NCBI GenBank assembly: GCA_035402805.1
Contig: DAONDY010000001.1
Span: forward strand, 177,548-241,547
Direction of reading: 5' to 3'
Source: Candidatus Woesebacteria bacterium
GTDB lineage: Bacteria; Patescibacteriota; Microgenomatia; UBA12405
DNA length: 64,000 bases
Program-made: the position numbers and the translations under genes
Notes under the pieces: model-generated
Databases searched by the model: none
Told to the model about the DNA's origin: nothing
Seen by the model: only the letters and a program-made list of their open reading frames with translations
In this document: piece after piece, positions 40,422-50,295 of the stretch
How the letters are laid out: every line of letters begins with the position of its first letter
How positions within the stretch are numbered: position 1 is the stretch's first letter

Positions 40422-42027
40422 TAAACTACCGCTAATAATAATTCTCCTCGTTGCCTTTTTAGTTAGATTTATCAACCTTAACAATGCTCCTGCTTTAAAT
40501 CCTGACGAAGCCGCTCTCGGTTACAATGCTTATTCCCTAATTAAAACTGGAAAAGACGAACACGGTATTTCTTGGCCACTCCATTTTAAATCTTTTGGCG
40601 ATTTTAAACCTGGTGGTTATGTTTATTTAGCCATCCCATTCGTAAAATTTTTCGGTCTCACACCATTGGCCACCAGAATGCCGAATTTGATTCTTTCCTT
40701 ATTCACTATCCTTTTTTTATATAAATTAATTTTACTTTTATCAAAATCTAATGGTTTAGCCCTCTTAAGTGCCGCCGTATTATCTTTATCACCTTGGCAT
40801 ATTCATTTTAGTCGTGGTGCTTGGGAATCCTCAGCCGCCCTTTCTTTTGTTGTCATCGGCACTTATTTCTTTTTTAAATCAATCGAAGAAAAGTTTTTAT
40901 TAAATTTTAGTTTTTTTGTTGTTCTCTATGTGTTATCCCTCTATATTTATCACTCATCTCGTCTAGTTGCTCCGCTTTTAGCCCTCACTTTAGTTATTTT
41001 ATATTTTAAAAATCTAATTCAAAAAATTCCCAAAATATTTATCCCCATAGCTCTAGGTGTCGTCTTAGCACTACCGGTAGCTTTTTCATTCTTAAATAAT
41101 GGAGGAACAGCTCGTATTGGTGGAGTTGGGTTAACTGCCGACCAAGGGCCGCTTTGGCGAGCCAATGAATTGATAAATCACCACGGTAACACTAAGTTGA
41201 TTAACCGGATAACGCACAACAAAAGAATTCTTTATTTGATTTCTTGGGGTCAAAAATACACCTCACATTTTGACTTAAACTTTTTAAGTATTAATGGCGA
41301 TGAAGTGCCTCGTTCCAAAGTCCCAGAAATGGGTCAAATTCATCTAATAGAACTTCCTTTTCTAATCCTTGGTCTTGTTTTCCTTTTTAAATCCAAAATT
41401 TATAACTTAAGATCTAAAATTTTTATTATTGCCTTTTTATTAATCGCTCCAATTGCCTCATCTTTAACTTTTCAAGCCCCTTCGGCTCTCAGATCTCTTT
41501 TTATGGTTATTCCATTTTCCATTCTAATTGCCTTAGGCATTTTTTCTTTTTTTAATCTCCTTACTAAATCAAAATTTAAAAAAATAATTTTAACAATATT
41601 TATTATTATCTATAGTTATTTTATTGCTTATTATCTTGACTCTTATTTTATCCATTATTTCAAAAGATATCCTTTTGCCTGGCAATATGGTTTTGATCAG
41701 TTAGTTCCTTATCTGGAACAACAAAAAGCTAATTATGATCAAGTTTATGTCACCAATAAATATGATCAGCCATACATTCTTTTTCTTTTTTATTCAAAGT
41801 ATTCACCAGTTAAAATTCAGTCTGAAATAAAACTCACTCAGCCGGATAATTTTGGTTTTTCTACTGTTTTAAATTTTGACAAATATAATTTTCAAAAAAT
41901 TGATTGGGATAAAATCCCCAAAAATTCACTAGTAGTAGCCAGTGATGAAATTGTTCCCATTGAACCTATTAAAATTATTAATTTCCAAAATGGTCAACCA
42001 GGGTTTAAAATCTACTCAAAGCTATGA
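40405..42027 (+). CDS. GT39-like (PMT/ArnT) membrane glycosyltransferase, family A copy 3
   Basis: NPDEAALGYNAYSLIKTGKDEHG...FGDFKPGGYVYL. It overlaps copy 2 by 17 nt. Confidence 0.65.
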   Translation: MPTKINKLPLIIILLVAFLVRFINLNNAPALNPDEAALGYNAYSLIKTGKDEHGISWPLHFKSFGDFKPGGYVYLAIPFVKFFGLTPLATRMPNLILSLFTILFLYKLILLLSKSNGLALLSAAVLSLSPWHIHFSRGAWESSAALSFVVIGTYFFFKSIEEKFLLNFSFFVVLYVLSLYIYHSSRLVAPLLALTLVILYFKNLIQKIPKIFIPIALGVVLALPVAFSFLNNGGTARIGGVGLTADQGPLWRANELINHHGNTKLINRITHNKRILYLISWGQKYTSHFDLNFLSINGDEVPRSKVPEMGQIHLIELPFLILGLVFLFKSKIYNLRSKIFIIAFLLIAPIASSLTFQAPSALRSLFMVIPFSILIALGIFSFFNLLTKSKFKKIILTIFIIIYSYFIAYYLDSYFIHYFKRYPFAWQYGFDQLVPYLEQQKANYDQVYVTNKYDQPYILFLFYSKYSPVKIQSEIKLTQPDNFGFSTVLNFDKYNFQKIDWDKIPKNSLVVASDEIVPIEPIKIINFQNGQPGFKIYSKL

Positions 42028-42851
42028 AAAATCAAAAAACAACCATATCTGTTGCCCTCGCTACTTATAACGAAGAAAATAATATCGAGAGATGTTTGAA
42101 AGCTGTTTCTAGTTGGGTTAATGAAATTGTTATTGCTGATGGAAGTTCTCAAGATAAAACTGTTGAAATTGCTTCAAAGTTCAAAAATGTAAAAATTATC
42201 AAAACTACCAATAAAGAAGTTTTTCATATTAATAAAAACATGGCCATTGATGCCTGTAAAAGTGATTGGATACTTCAACTAGATGCTGATGAAGTTGTTT
42301 CTTTGGAACTTAAAAATGAAATCGAGGGTATTTTATCTAAAAACATTAAAGATATTAAAGAAAATGGTTTTTGGATCAATCGAAAAAATTATTTTTTAGG
42401 GACATTTCTCAAAAAAGGTGGACAATACCCCGACGCTACTCCCAGATTGTTTAAAAACGGCAAAGGCCATCTTCCTTGTCTTGATGTCCACGAACAACCC
42501 AAAATAGAAGGGGAATCGGGTCATTTAAAAAACGACTTAGAGCATTATGCCGATGTTTCTTTTTCTCGATATCTTCTCAGACATAATCGATATACCACTT
42601 CCTACGCCAGAGAATTCCAGGATAAAAAAATAAAAATTAACTTTATAAACTTTATAAACTTTTATCTTTGTAAACCTACCTGGTGGTTTTTAATGGCTTT
42701 TTTCCGACATAAAGGCTTCTATGACGGTTTTCCTGGTTTTGTCTTTGCTTTTTATTCTGCCCTAAGATTTCCAATTGCTTATACCAAATATTGGGAGCTT
42801 CAAAAAACCAATCGTAAAATTGATTTATCAAAGGATTGGGATAAAAAATAA
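42024..42851 (+). CDS. GT2 glycosyltransferase (WaaE/KdtX-like)
   Basis: ISVALATYNEENNIERCLKAV...IVIADGSSQDKT...LQLDADE. It contains the in-frame 9-bp tandem repeat aactttata x3 at 42637-42663. Confidence 0.7.
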   Translation: MKNQKTTISVALATYNEENNIERCLKAVSSWVNEIVIADGSSQDKTVEIASKFKNVKIIKTTNKEVFHINKNMAIDACKSDWILQLDADEVVSLELKNEIEGILSKNIKDIKENGFWINRKNYFLGTFLKKGGQYPDATPRLFKNGKGHLPCLDVHEQPKIEGESGHLKNDLEHYADVSFSRYLLRHNRYTTSYAREFQDKKIKINFINFINFYLCKPTWWFLMAFFRHKGFYDGFPGFVFAFYSALRFPIAYTKYWELQKTNRKIDLSKDWDKK

Positions 42852-43942
42852 TGGCCAAAAAAATAAAAATTGCTATCGATATCTCTCCCACTCAAGACGG
42901 TAATGCTCTTCGGGGTGTTGGTTACTACACTTCAAATTTAGTTTCTGCCCTCCAAAAAGAAATAAAAACCAATCAACTATATAAAAATTTTGAAATTAAT
43001 TTAATTAAAGATTGGAAATTAGAAAACAAAACTTATGATTTAATTCATTATCCTTTTTTTGATCCATTTAAACTTAGCCTCCCAAAAAAGACCAATATAC
43101 CCACTATTGTTACAGTTCATGACTTAATTCCACGTCAATTCAAATCCCATTTTCCAGTTGGAATCAAAGGTGAAATAAAATGGTTAATTCAAAAACAACG
43201 CCTTCTAAAAGTCGATAAAATTTTAACGGTTTCTAATTATTCTAAAAATATTATTAATCAAATCACTAAATATAAATTAAACAATATTTTTGTTACTCAT
43301 TTGGCCGCCGATTCAACTTTTAAAGTTATTTCTGATCCTAAAAAATTAGCCGAAATTCAAAAAAAATATAAATTACCCAAAAATTTTGTCCTATTTGTTG
43401 GTGATATTAATTGGAATAAAAATATTCCAACTTTAGTCAAAGCTTGTCTAAAATTAAAATATCCCTTAGTTATAGTTGGTTCATCTGCTACTAAAAAAGA
43501 CGTTCCTAATCACCCTTGGACTCAAGATTTACTTTGGCTCCAAACTAAAGCTCTAAAGCTCCAAAGCCCTAAAAAACTAATCTTAACTGGATTTGTTCCT
43601 GATGAGGATCTTCCTTATGTTTATAATTTAGCCACCGTTTATTGTCAGCCCTCTTTTGGCGAAGGATTTGGGTTGCCTCTTATTCAAGCCATGAAATCTG
43701 GTTGCCCAGTTATCTACAGCCAAGATTCTTGTTTAGATGAAATTATGGCTTCTAATGGGCTTAAATTCAATCCACACTCTCAAAAAGATTTACAAAAAAA
43801 ATTATCCCAACTTTGGAATAATAAAGATCTTCAACAAAAATATAAAAAATTAGGATTAAGTCATTCTAAAAATTTCAATTGGAAATATACTACCGTTCAA
43901 ACTCTTGCCCTTTATAATTTAATTTTAAAGGATGAAAAATAA
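42851..43942 (+). CDS. GT4 (GT-B fold) glycosyltransferase
   Basis: C-terminal motif GEGFGLPLIQAMKSGCPVI. Confidence 0.7.
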   Translation: MAKKIKIAIDISPTQDGNALRGVGYYTSNLVSALQKEIKTNQLYKNFEINLIKDWKLENKTYDLIHYPFFDPFKLSLPKKTNIPTIVTVHDLIPRQFKSHFPVGIKGEIKWLIQKQRLLKVDKILTVSNYSKNIINQITKYKLNNIFVTHLAADSTFKVISDPKKLAEIQKKYKLPKNFVLFVGDINWNKNIPTLVKACLKLKYPLVIVGSSATKKDVPNHPWTQDLLWLQTKALKLQSPKKLILTGFVPDEDLPYVYNLATVYCQPSFGEGFGLPLIQAMKSGCPVIYSQDSCLDEIMASNGLKFNPHSQKDLQKKLSQLWNNKDLQQKYKKLGLSHSKNFNWKYTTVQTLALYNLILKDEK

Positions 43943-44735
43943 AAATCACTTTTTATCGGTAATTATCCCCATATATAAACAAGAAAAAACCATCAAACAA
44001 GACCTTTTAAACATCAGCCAAACCCTTAAACAAATCCGTTACGATTATGAAATTATTGCAGTTGTCGATGGTACTTCTATTGATAATTCTTTTGAAACCA
44101 TCAAAAAACTCAAAATTAGTAAATTAAAAGTTTTTGGTTATAAGAATAATCACGGTAAAGGTTATGCCGTCAGATATGGCATGGCTAAAACAAAAGGGGA
44201 TTATATTGCTTTTATAGATTCGGGTATGGAAATAGACCCAAACGGTATTTCATTAGTTCTAGAGCATATGGAGTGGTATAACGCCGATATTATTGTTGCT
44301 TCAAAAAGACATCCAGCCTCAATGGTCAATTATCCTTGGGATCGAAAAATTATCAGTTTTGGTGCCCATTTAATCTCTAAATTTTTATTAGGAATTAATG
44401 TTCACGATACTCAAGCTGGCTTAAAAATTTTTAAACGTCCAGTTTTGATTAAAGTACTTCCCCGTTTATTGGTTAAAAATTATGCTTTTGATCTAGAAAT
44501 TTTAGCAGTTGCCAATCGATTAGGTTTTACCAAAATATACGAAGCTCCAATTAAATTAAACTACGACTTCACCAGTTTGACTCATGCCACTGGTCTTAAA
44601 ATTATTTATAGTTGTTTTATGGAAGCCATGTCTGTTTTTTATCGCTTAAGAATATTAAATTATTATGATGATAAAAATAAAAGAAAATGGATTTATGATC
44701 CAGAATTAGATATGCGAATTAACACTGGAGAATAA
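43932..44735 (+). CDS. GT2 polyprenol-phosphate sugar synthase (DPM1/GtrB-like)
   Basis: LSVIIPIYKQEKTI...IIAVVDGTSIDNS...AFIDSGMEIDP. Confidence 0.7.
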   Translation: MKNKNHFLSVIIPIYKQEKTIKQDLLNISQTLKQIRYDYEIIAVVDGTSIDNSFETIKKLKISKLKVFGYKNNHGKGYAVRYGMAKTKGDYIAFIDSGMEIDPNGISLVLEHMEWYNADIIVASKRHPASMVNYPWDRKIISFGAHLISKFLLGINVHDTQAGLKIFKRPVLIKVLPRLLVKNYAFDLEILAVANRLGFTKIYEAPIKLNYDFTSLTHATGLKIIYSCFMEAMSVFYRLRILNYYDDKNKRKWIYDPELDMRINTGE

Positions 44736-44737
44736 TT

Positions 44738-45718
44738 ATGAAATTGCCAAAATTTTCAGTTATTATTCCAGTCCGTAAAACAAATGATTATCTTAAAGAG
44801 ACCTTATTAAAACTCAAAAAACAATCATATAAAAATTTTGAAGTTCTAGTTATAACTGATAAATTATCTGGTTCAGCCAATCCTTCCGAAAAAAGAAATT
44901 TGGGAGCCAAAAAAGCTAAAGGTGAATATTTAGCCTTTTTAGATGATGATTCTTATCCTCACCAAAATTATTTTAAAAATGCACTTAAATTAATAGAAAA
45001 AAATCCAGAATTCGCTAGTTTTTGTGGGCCGTGTCTTACTCCACCAAAAGATAACTCGTTTCAAAAAGCCTCAGGACTTTTTTGGTCTAGCTGGTTAGGT
45101 AGTGGTGGCGCTGGCGTCTATCGAAATAGTGTCCAAAAAGCTCGTTTTGTTGATGATTATCCCACCGTCAATCTCATCGTTAAAAAAAGTGATTTTAATT
45201 TAGTTAATGGTTTTGATACTTCCTTTTGGCCTGGTGAAGATACTGTTCTTTGCCTTAATCTAGTCAAAAATCTAAACAAAAAAATCCTTTATCATCCTTC
45301 TTTAATTGTTTATCATCATCGTCGTTCTATTCTTATTCCTCATCTTCAACAAATCACTCGTTATGCCATCCAACGAGGATTTTTTGTTAAAAAATTTCCT
45401 CAAACTAGCCTTAAAATTGGTTATTTTATTCCAACTCTGTTTTTCTTATATTCTTTTATATTTTTAGTAAATAAAATATTTTTTAATAATTTTTTACTAA
45501 ATGTTCCATTATATTTATATACATCAATATTATGTTTTACCTTTTTGATTTTTCTCTTTAAAAGAAATAACCTTAAAATTTCCTTTTTAGCTGCCATTAC
45601 CATACCTATAACTCACCTTTACTACGGTATACTATTTCTACATGGCCTATTTAAAAAGGAAGTCAAATTCAAAGCCCATGACTTCAATAAAAAAACCGGC
45701 AGATACATTGGCGGTTAA
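44738..45718 (+). CDS. GT2 glycosyltransferase with C-terminal TM helices
   Basis: FSVIIPVRKTNDYLKETLLKLKKQSY...VLVITD...AFLDDDS, with about 3 TM helices at the C-terminus. Confidence 0.7.
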   Translation: MKLPKFSVIIPVRKTNDYLKETLLKLKKQSYKNFEVLVITDKLSGSANPSEKRNLGAKKAKGEYLAFLDDDSYPHQNYFKNALKLIEKNPEFASFCGPCLTPPKDNSFQKASGLFWSSWLGSGGAGVYRNSVQKARFVDDYPTVNLIVKKSDFNLVNGFDTSFWPGEDTVLCLNLVKNLNKKILYHPSLIVYHHRRSILIPHLQQITRYAIQRGFFVKKFPQTSLKIGYFIPTLFFLYSFIFLVNKIFFNNFLLNVPLYLYTSILCFTFLIFLFKRNNLKISFLAAITIPITHLYYGILFLHGLFKKEVKFKAHDFNKKTGRYIGG

Positions 45719-47159
45719 TTCTATTTCTATTTCTTACCCCCCGTTAAAATCAGATAAAGGCACCCCATTTTTATCTCAAAATCGCCAATTTCAATGGACA
45801 AATACTGGCAATGTAATTTATCCTGTTATTCCTGCTTATGCTGCTACTTTATTAAAAAATCAAGGATTTAAAGTTTTTTGGGACGATGCCATCGCTGAAA
45901 ATTTAAGTTATCAAGAATGGTTTAAACGTCTTTTTAAAAGAAAACCAGATTTAGTTGTTATTGAGACAAAAACTCCAGTAATCAAACAACATTGGGAAAT
46001 AATCAATGAATTAAAAAAAGAAAGTTTAAAAATCAAAAATTGGAAATTAAAAATTGTCTTAATAGGAGATCATGTTACTGCCCTACCGAAAGAATCAATT
46101 AAAAAATCAAAAGTTGATTTTGTCTTAGTTGGAGGTGATTATGATTTTTTGCTAAGCGAATTAGTCGAATTGATTAATAAAAACCAAGCCCCAAAAACCA
46201 AAATTTTCAAATCCAATAAAAATCATAATTTAAATTCCTTGCCAATAATAGACCGTCAGCTAACTCAATGGCAACTTTATGCCTACAATAACACCAATTA
46301 TAAATACAAACCCGGAGCCTATATCATGTCAGGACGTGATTGTTGGTGGGGAAAATGCACTTTTTGTTCCTGGACTACTCTTTTTCCCGGTAAATGTTTC
46401 CGTCAATTTTCAGTTGAACACACTCTTAAAGAAATTGAAAACTTAGTTTACAATTTTGGGGTTAAAGAAATTTTTGATGACTCAGGTACTCTTCCTATTG
46501 GCTCCTGGTTAAAGGAATTATGCCAAGCCTTAATAAGTCGCGGTCTGAATAAAAAAGTCAAAATCGGCTGCAACATGCGATTTGGTGCCTTAACCTTATC
46601 TGAATATCAACTAATGCATCGAGCTGGTTTTCGTTTTGTATTATATGGTCTCGAATCAGCTAATCAAAAAACTCTAAATTTTATAAACAAAAATGAAAAA
46701 ACCAGCTACGCTTTAAAAACTCTTAGAATGGCTAAACTTGCCAAACTAGAACCACATATTACTGTCATAATCGGATACCCAAACGAAACCAAATCAGACG
46801 CTATTAAAACCCTTAACCTGGCTAAAAAAATTTTTAAAAGTAATTTGGCTGACAGTCTTCAAGCCACCATTTTAATTCCTTATCCTGGCACTCCACTTTT
46901 TAAATATTGTCAAGAAAAAAATTTACTTTTAACCACTAATTGGGATGATTTTGATATGCGTCAACCAATTATAAAATCACCAATTTCACCATCAGAACAA
47001 ATTGAATTAGTTCAAAATCTTTTTAAAGGCATTATTAACCCTGAATTTATTTTTCAAAAAATAATTTCCATAAGATCAATAAACGATATTAAACACTTAT
47101 TTAATTATGCTTTTAAGTATTTTAAAAAACTGAAGGATTTTACAAAAAATGATAATTAG
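45678..47159 (+). CDS. B12-binding-domain radical SAM enzyme (class B-like), with an atypical Cx4Cx2C cluster motif
   Basis: N-terminal Rossmann-like B12-binding region (VLIGDHVTALPKE). The cysteine motif SGRDCWWGKCTFCSW has Cx4Cx2C spacing, which I confirmed in the DNA. The ATG at 45678 was chosen; the track start at 45642 overlaps the upstream gene by 77 nt. Confidence 0.6.
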   Translation: MTSIKKPADTLAVNSISISYPPLKSDKGTPFLSQNRQFQWTNTGNVIYPVIPAYAATLLKNQGFKVFWDDAIAENLSYQEWFKRLFKRKPDLVVIETKTPVIKQHWEIINELKKESLKIKNWKLKIVLIGDHVTALPKESIKKSKVDFVLVGGDYDFLLSELVELINKNQAPKTKIFKSNKNHNLNSLPIIDRQLTQWQLYAYNNTNYKYKPGAYIMSGRDCWWGKCTFCSWTTLFPGKCFRQFSVEHTLKEIENLVYNFGVKEIFDDSGTLPIGSWLKELCQALISRGLNKKVKIGCNMRFGALTLSEYQLMHRAGFRFVLYGLESANQKTLNFINKNEKTSYALKTLRMAKLAKLEPHITVIIGYPNETKSDAIKTLNLAKKIFKSNLADSLQATILIPYPGTPLFKYCQEKNLLLTTNWDDFDMRQPIIKSPISPSEQIELVQNLFKGIINPEFIFQKIISIRSINDIKHLFNYAFKYFKKLKDFTKNDN

Positions 47160-48162
47160 CTTTATTATTCCCACCCTTAACGCCGCTTCGGTTTTAGAAA
47201 ATTGTCTTAAATCAATTAAGAGTCAAAATTATCCCTATAAAGATTATGAAATTATCATTGCTGATGGTGGATCGATTGATAATACCCTTAAAATAGCTAA
47301 AAAATATTTTGCCAAAATTATCAATAATCCTCTTAAAACTGCCGAAGCCGGTAAAGCTCTTGGTATTAAAATAGCCACTGGAAAATATATTGCTTTAATT
47401 GATTCAGATAATATTCTTCCCACTAAAAATTGGCTCAAAAATAGCATTTCTATTTTAGAAAATGATCTCTCCTTAATTGGCGTAGAGCCGTTATTTTTTA
47501 CCTATCGACCCCAAGCTGGCTTTATTGAAAGATATTCCGCCCTAACCGGCGTCAACGACCCTTTCGCTTTGGTTTCTGGAGTTTACGATCGTCAGAATTT
47601 TATTAATTTTAAATGGACTGGCCTTAAAATAGATCAAATTGATAAAAATAAATATATAAAAATTAAACTAAAACCCAATACTCTTCTTCCTACTATTGGA
47701 GCTAATGGTACTATTTTTAGAAGTGATTTCTTAAAAAGAAATTTTGATTCGGACTATTTTTTTGACATCGATATCATTACCAGCTTTCTATCAAAAGACA
47801 AAAAACCTATTTATTTTGCCAAAGTTAAACAGGGGATTATTCATACTTTTTGTGAATCTTCGATCAAAAAATTTGTTCGTAAACAAAATCGTCGTATTAC
47901 TGATTATTTTCTCTACAAGAATATTCGTAAATTTAATTGGGATCAAAATAATAAAAATGGAATCTTAAAATTTTCACTTTATACAATTTTAATTATTCCT
48001 GCCCTTTTTGACTCTATCAGGGGATATTTTCACAAACCAGACTTTGCTTGGTTTTTTCATCCAATTGCTTGTTACCTAACCCTGATTGTATACTCAACTG
48101 TCTACTTAAAATATAAACTTTTTTCCCTAAAAGCTGTTAATAGAAATAATTGGAGTCAATAA
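47149..48162 (+). CDS. GT2 glycosyltransferase
   Basis: [26 protein letters not shown]...[12 protein letters not shown]...ALIDSDN. Confidence 0.7.
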   Translation: MIISFIIPTLNAASVLENCLKSIKSQNYPYKDYEIIIADGGSIDNTLKIAKKYFAKIINNPLKTAEAGKALGIKIATGKYIALIDSDNILPTKNWLKNSISILENDLSLIGVEPLFFTYRPQAGFIERYSALTGVNDPFALVSGVYDRQNFINFKWTGLKIDQIDKNKYIKIKLKPNTLLPTIGANGTIFRSDFLKRNFDSDYFFDIDIITSFLSKDKKPIYFAKVKQGIIHTFCESSIKKFVRKQNRRITDYFLYKNIRKFNWDQNNKNGILKFSLYTILIIPALFDSIRGYFHKPDFAWFFHPIACYLTLIVYSTVYLKYKLFSLKAVNRNNWSQ

Positions 48163-48164
48163 CT

Positions 48165-49220
48165 ATGTCAAAAAAGGCTTTAATAACCGGATCAGCTGGA
48201 TTAATTGGATCAGAATCCGTTAAATTTTTCGCCAAAAAAGATTATGAAATCGTCGGTATCGATAATAATATGCGAGAGTACTTTTTTGGAGCAGAAGGTA
48301 GCACTAAATGGAATAATGAATTACTCTCAAAAAATTATGGAAAACAATATAACTATCATAATGTTGACATCAGAAATAACGAAGAAATAGAAAAAATATT
48401 TAAAACCAATAAATTCGACATTATCATTCATACTGCCGCCCAGCCATCACATGATTGGGCTGTTAAGGAACCTCTTACCGATTTCACTATTAATGCTCTC
48501 GGCACTTTAATTTTATTAGAAAATTACCGAAAATATTCACCTGATGCCACTTTTATTTTTACCTCTACTAATAAAGTTTATGGTGACGCTCCAAATAGAT
48601 TACCCTTAATTGAACTAGAAAAAAGATATGAGATTGAAGAAAATCATCCTTTTTTTAAAAATGGAATTAACGAAACCATGAGTATCGATAATACCAAACA
48701 CAGCATTTTTGGTGCTTCGAAAGTTTCCGCTGATGTCATGGTTCAAGAATATGGTAAATATTTTGGATTGCATACTGGAGTTTTTAGGGGTGGTTGTTTA
48801 ACTGGCCCGAATCACAGTAGTACTCAGCTTCATGGGTTTTTAGCTTATTTAGTTAAATGTATTAAGACCGGAACAAAATACACTATTTTTGGATACAAAG
48901 GTAAGCAAGTTAGAGACAATATTCATTGCAATGATTTAGTAAATATGTTTTGGAACTATCATCAAAATCCTATGTGTGGAGAAGTCTATAATGCCGGTGG
49001 TTCAAGAAATTCTAACATTTCTATGTTAGAAGCAATTGAAAAAATCGAAAAAATTTTAAATAAAAAGGCAATTTATGAATATATCGACACTAATCGAATT
49101 GGCGATCATATTTGGTATATATCCGATGTCTCTAAATTTAAAAACCAATATCCAAATTGGAATTTTTCCTACAACATTGACGATATTCTTCAAGAATTAT
49201 GTAGTCAAATACACACTTAA
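48165..49220 (+). CDS. NAD-dependent sugar epimerase/dehydratase (extended SDR)
   Basis: Rossmann motif [11 protein letters not shown] and a catalytic YxxxK region. The ATG at 48165 was chosen because GGAG lies 9 nt upstream. The track start at 48150 is a TTG. Confidence 0.75.
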   Translation: MSKKALITGSAGLIGSESVKFFAKKDYEIVGIDNNMREYFFGAEGSTKWNNELLSKNYGKQYNYHNVDIRNNEEIEKIFKTNKFDIIIHTAAQPSHDWAVKEPLTDFTINALGTLILLENYRKYSPDATFIFTSTNKVYGDAPNRLPLIELEKRYEIEENHPFFKNGINETMSIDNTKHSIFGASKVSADVMVQEYGKYFGLHTGVFRGGCLTGPNHSSTQLHGFLAYLVKCIKTGTKYTIFGYKGKQVRDNIHCNDLVNMFWNYHQNPMCGEVYNAGGSRNSNISMLEAIEKIEKILNKKAIYEYIDTNRIGDHIWYISDVSKFKNQYPNWNFSYNIDDILQELCSQIHT

Positions 49221-49222
49221 AT

Positions 49223-50293
49223 ATGAATTATAAAGATATTTTAATTACTGGTGGCGCTGGATTTGTTGGTTCTAATTTGGCTATAAAACTAAAGGAAAGT
49301 TATCCAAATATTAATATAACCGTGTTAGATAATCTTAAAAGACGAGGATCCGAATTAAATCTTCCTAGATTAGCTAAATTTGGAATTAATTTTATTCACG
49401 GTGATGTCAGAAATAAGGAAGATTTATTTCTAAACAAAAAAATAGATTTAATATTAGAATGTTCTGCTGAACCATCAGTTTTAGCCAATATAGATGACTC
49501 TCAATATTCAATTAACACCAATCTTGTCGGAACTTTAAATTGTCTAGAACTTGCTAAGAAAAATAACTCCACCATAATTTTTTTATCAACCAGTCGTGTT
49601 TATCCGATAGAAGAGTTAAACCAAATTAAATATCAAGAAGCTAAAACTAGATTTGAAATCGATGATAAACAAATATTAGAAGGCGTTTCAAAAAATGGAA
49701 TATCTGAAAATTTTCCTTTAGGCAAATATCGTTCCCTGTACGGAGCCACAAAATTATGTTCTGAATTTTTAATTCAGGAATATGTTCACAATTTTAATAT
49801 CAAAGCCGTAATCAATCGTTGCGGAATTATCACTGGTCCATGGCAAATGGGAAAAGTCGATCAAGGAGTAATTGTCCTCTGGATTGCTCGACACATTTGG
49901 AAAAATAAACCTCTATCTTATATTGGTTTTAGTGGCAACGGAAAACAAGTTAGAGATTTTATCGATATTGATGATTTATTTAATGTTATAGATATTCAAA
50001 TCAACAATATAAAAAAATATAATAATGAAATTTTTAATATCGGTGGTGGTTTAGAAAACAGTCTTTCTTTATTAGAGATGACCGATCTTTGCCAAAAAAT
50101 AACAAAAAATAAAATCAATATTTCTTCCTGTTTCGAAAATAGGCCAGATGACATCAGAATTTATCTTTCCGATAGTTCAAAATTTAAAAAAATGTCCAAT
50201 TGGTCTTGTAAAAAGAACAAGGAACAAACTTTTCAAGAAATTTATAAATGGATAATTGACCACCAAGATATTCTTGAAAAGATATTAAATTAA
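49223..50293 (+). CDS. NAD-dependent sugar epimerase/dehydratase (extended SDR)
   Basis: ITGGAGFVGSNL Rossmann motif, YGATK catalytic motif. Confidence 0.75.
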   Translation: MNYKDILITGGAGFVGSNLAIKLKESYPNINITVLDNLKRRGSELNLPRLAKFGINFIHGDVRNKEDLFLNKKIDLILECSAEPSVLANIDDSQYSINTNLVGTLNCLELAKKNNSTIIFLSTSRVYPIEELNQIKYQEAKTRFEIDDKQILEGVSKNGISENFPLGKYRSLYGATKLCSEFLIQEYVHNFNIKAVINRCGIITGPWQMGKVDQGVIVLWIARHIWKNKPLSYIGFSGNGKQVRDFIDIDDLFNVIDIQINNIKKYNNEIFNIGGGLENSLSLLEMTDLCQKITKNKINISSCFENRPDDIRIYLSDSSKFKKMSNWSCKKNKEQTFQEIYKWIIDHQDILEKILN

Positions 50294-50295
50294 AT

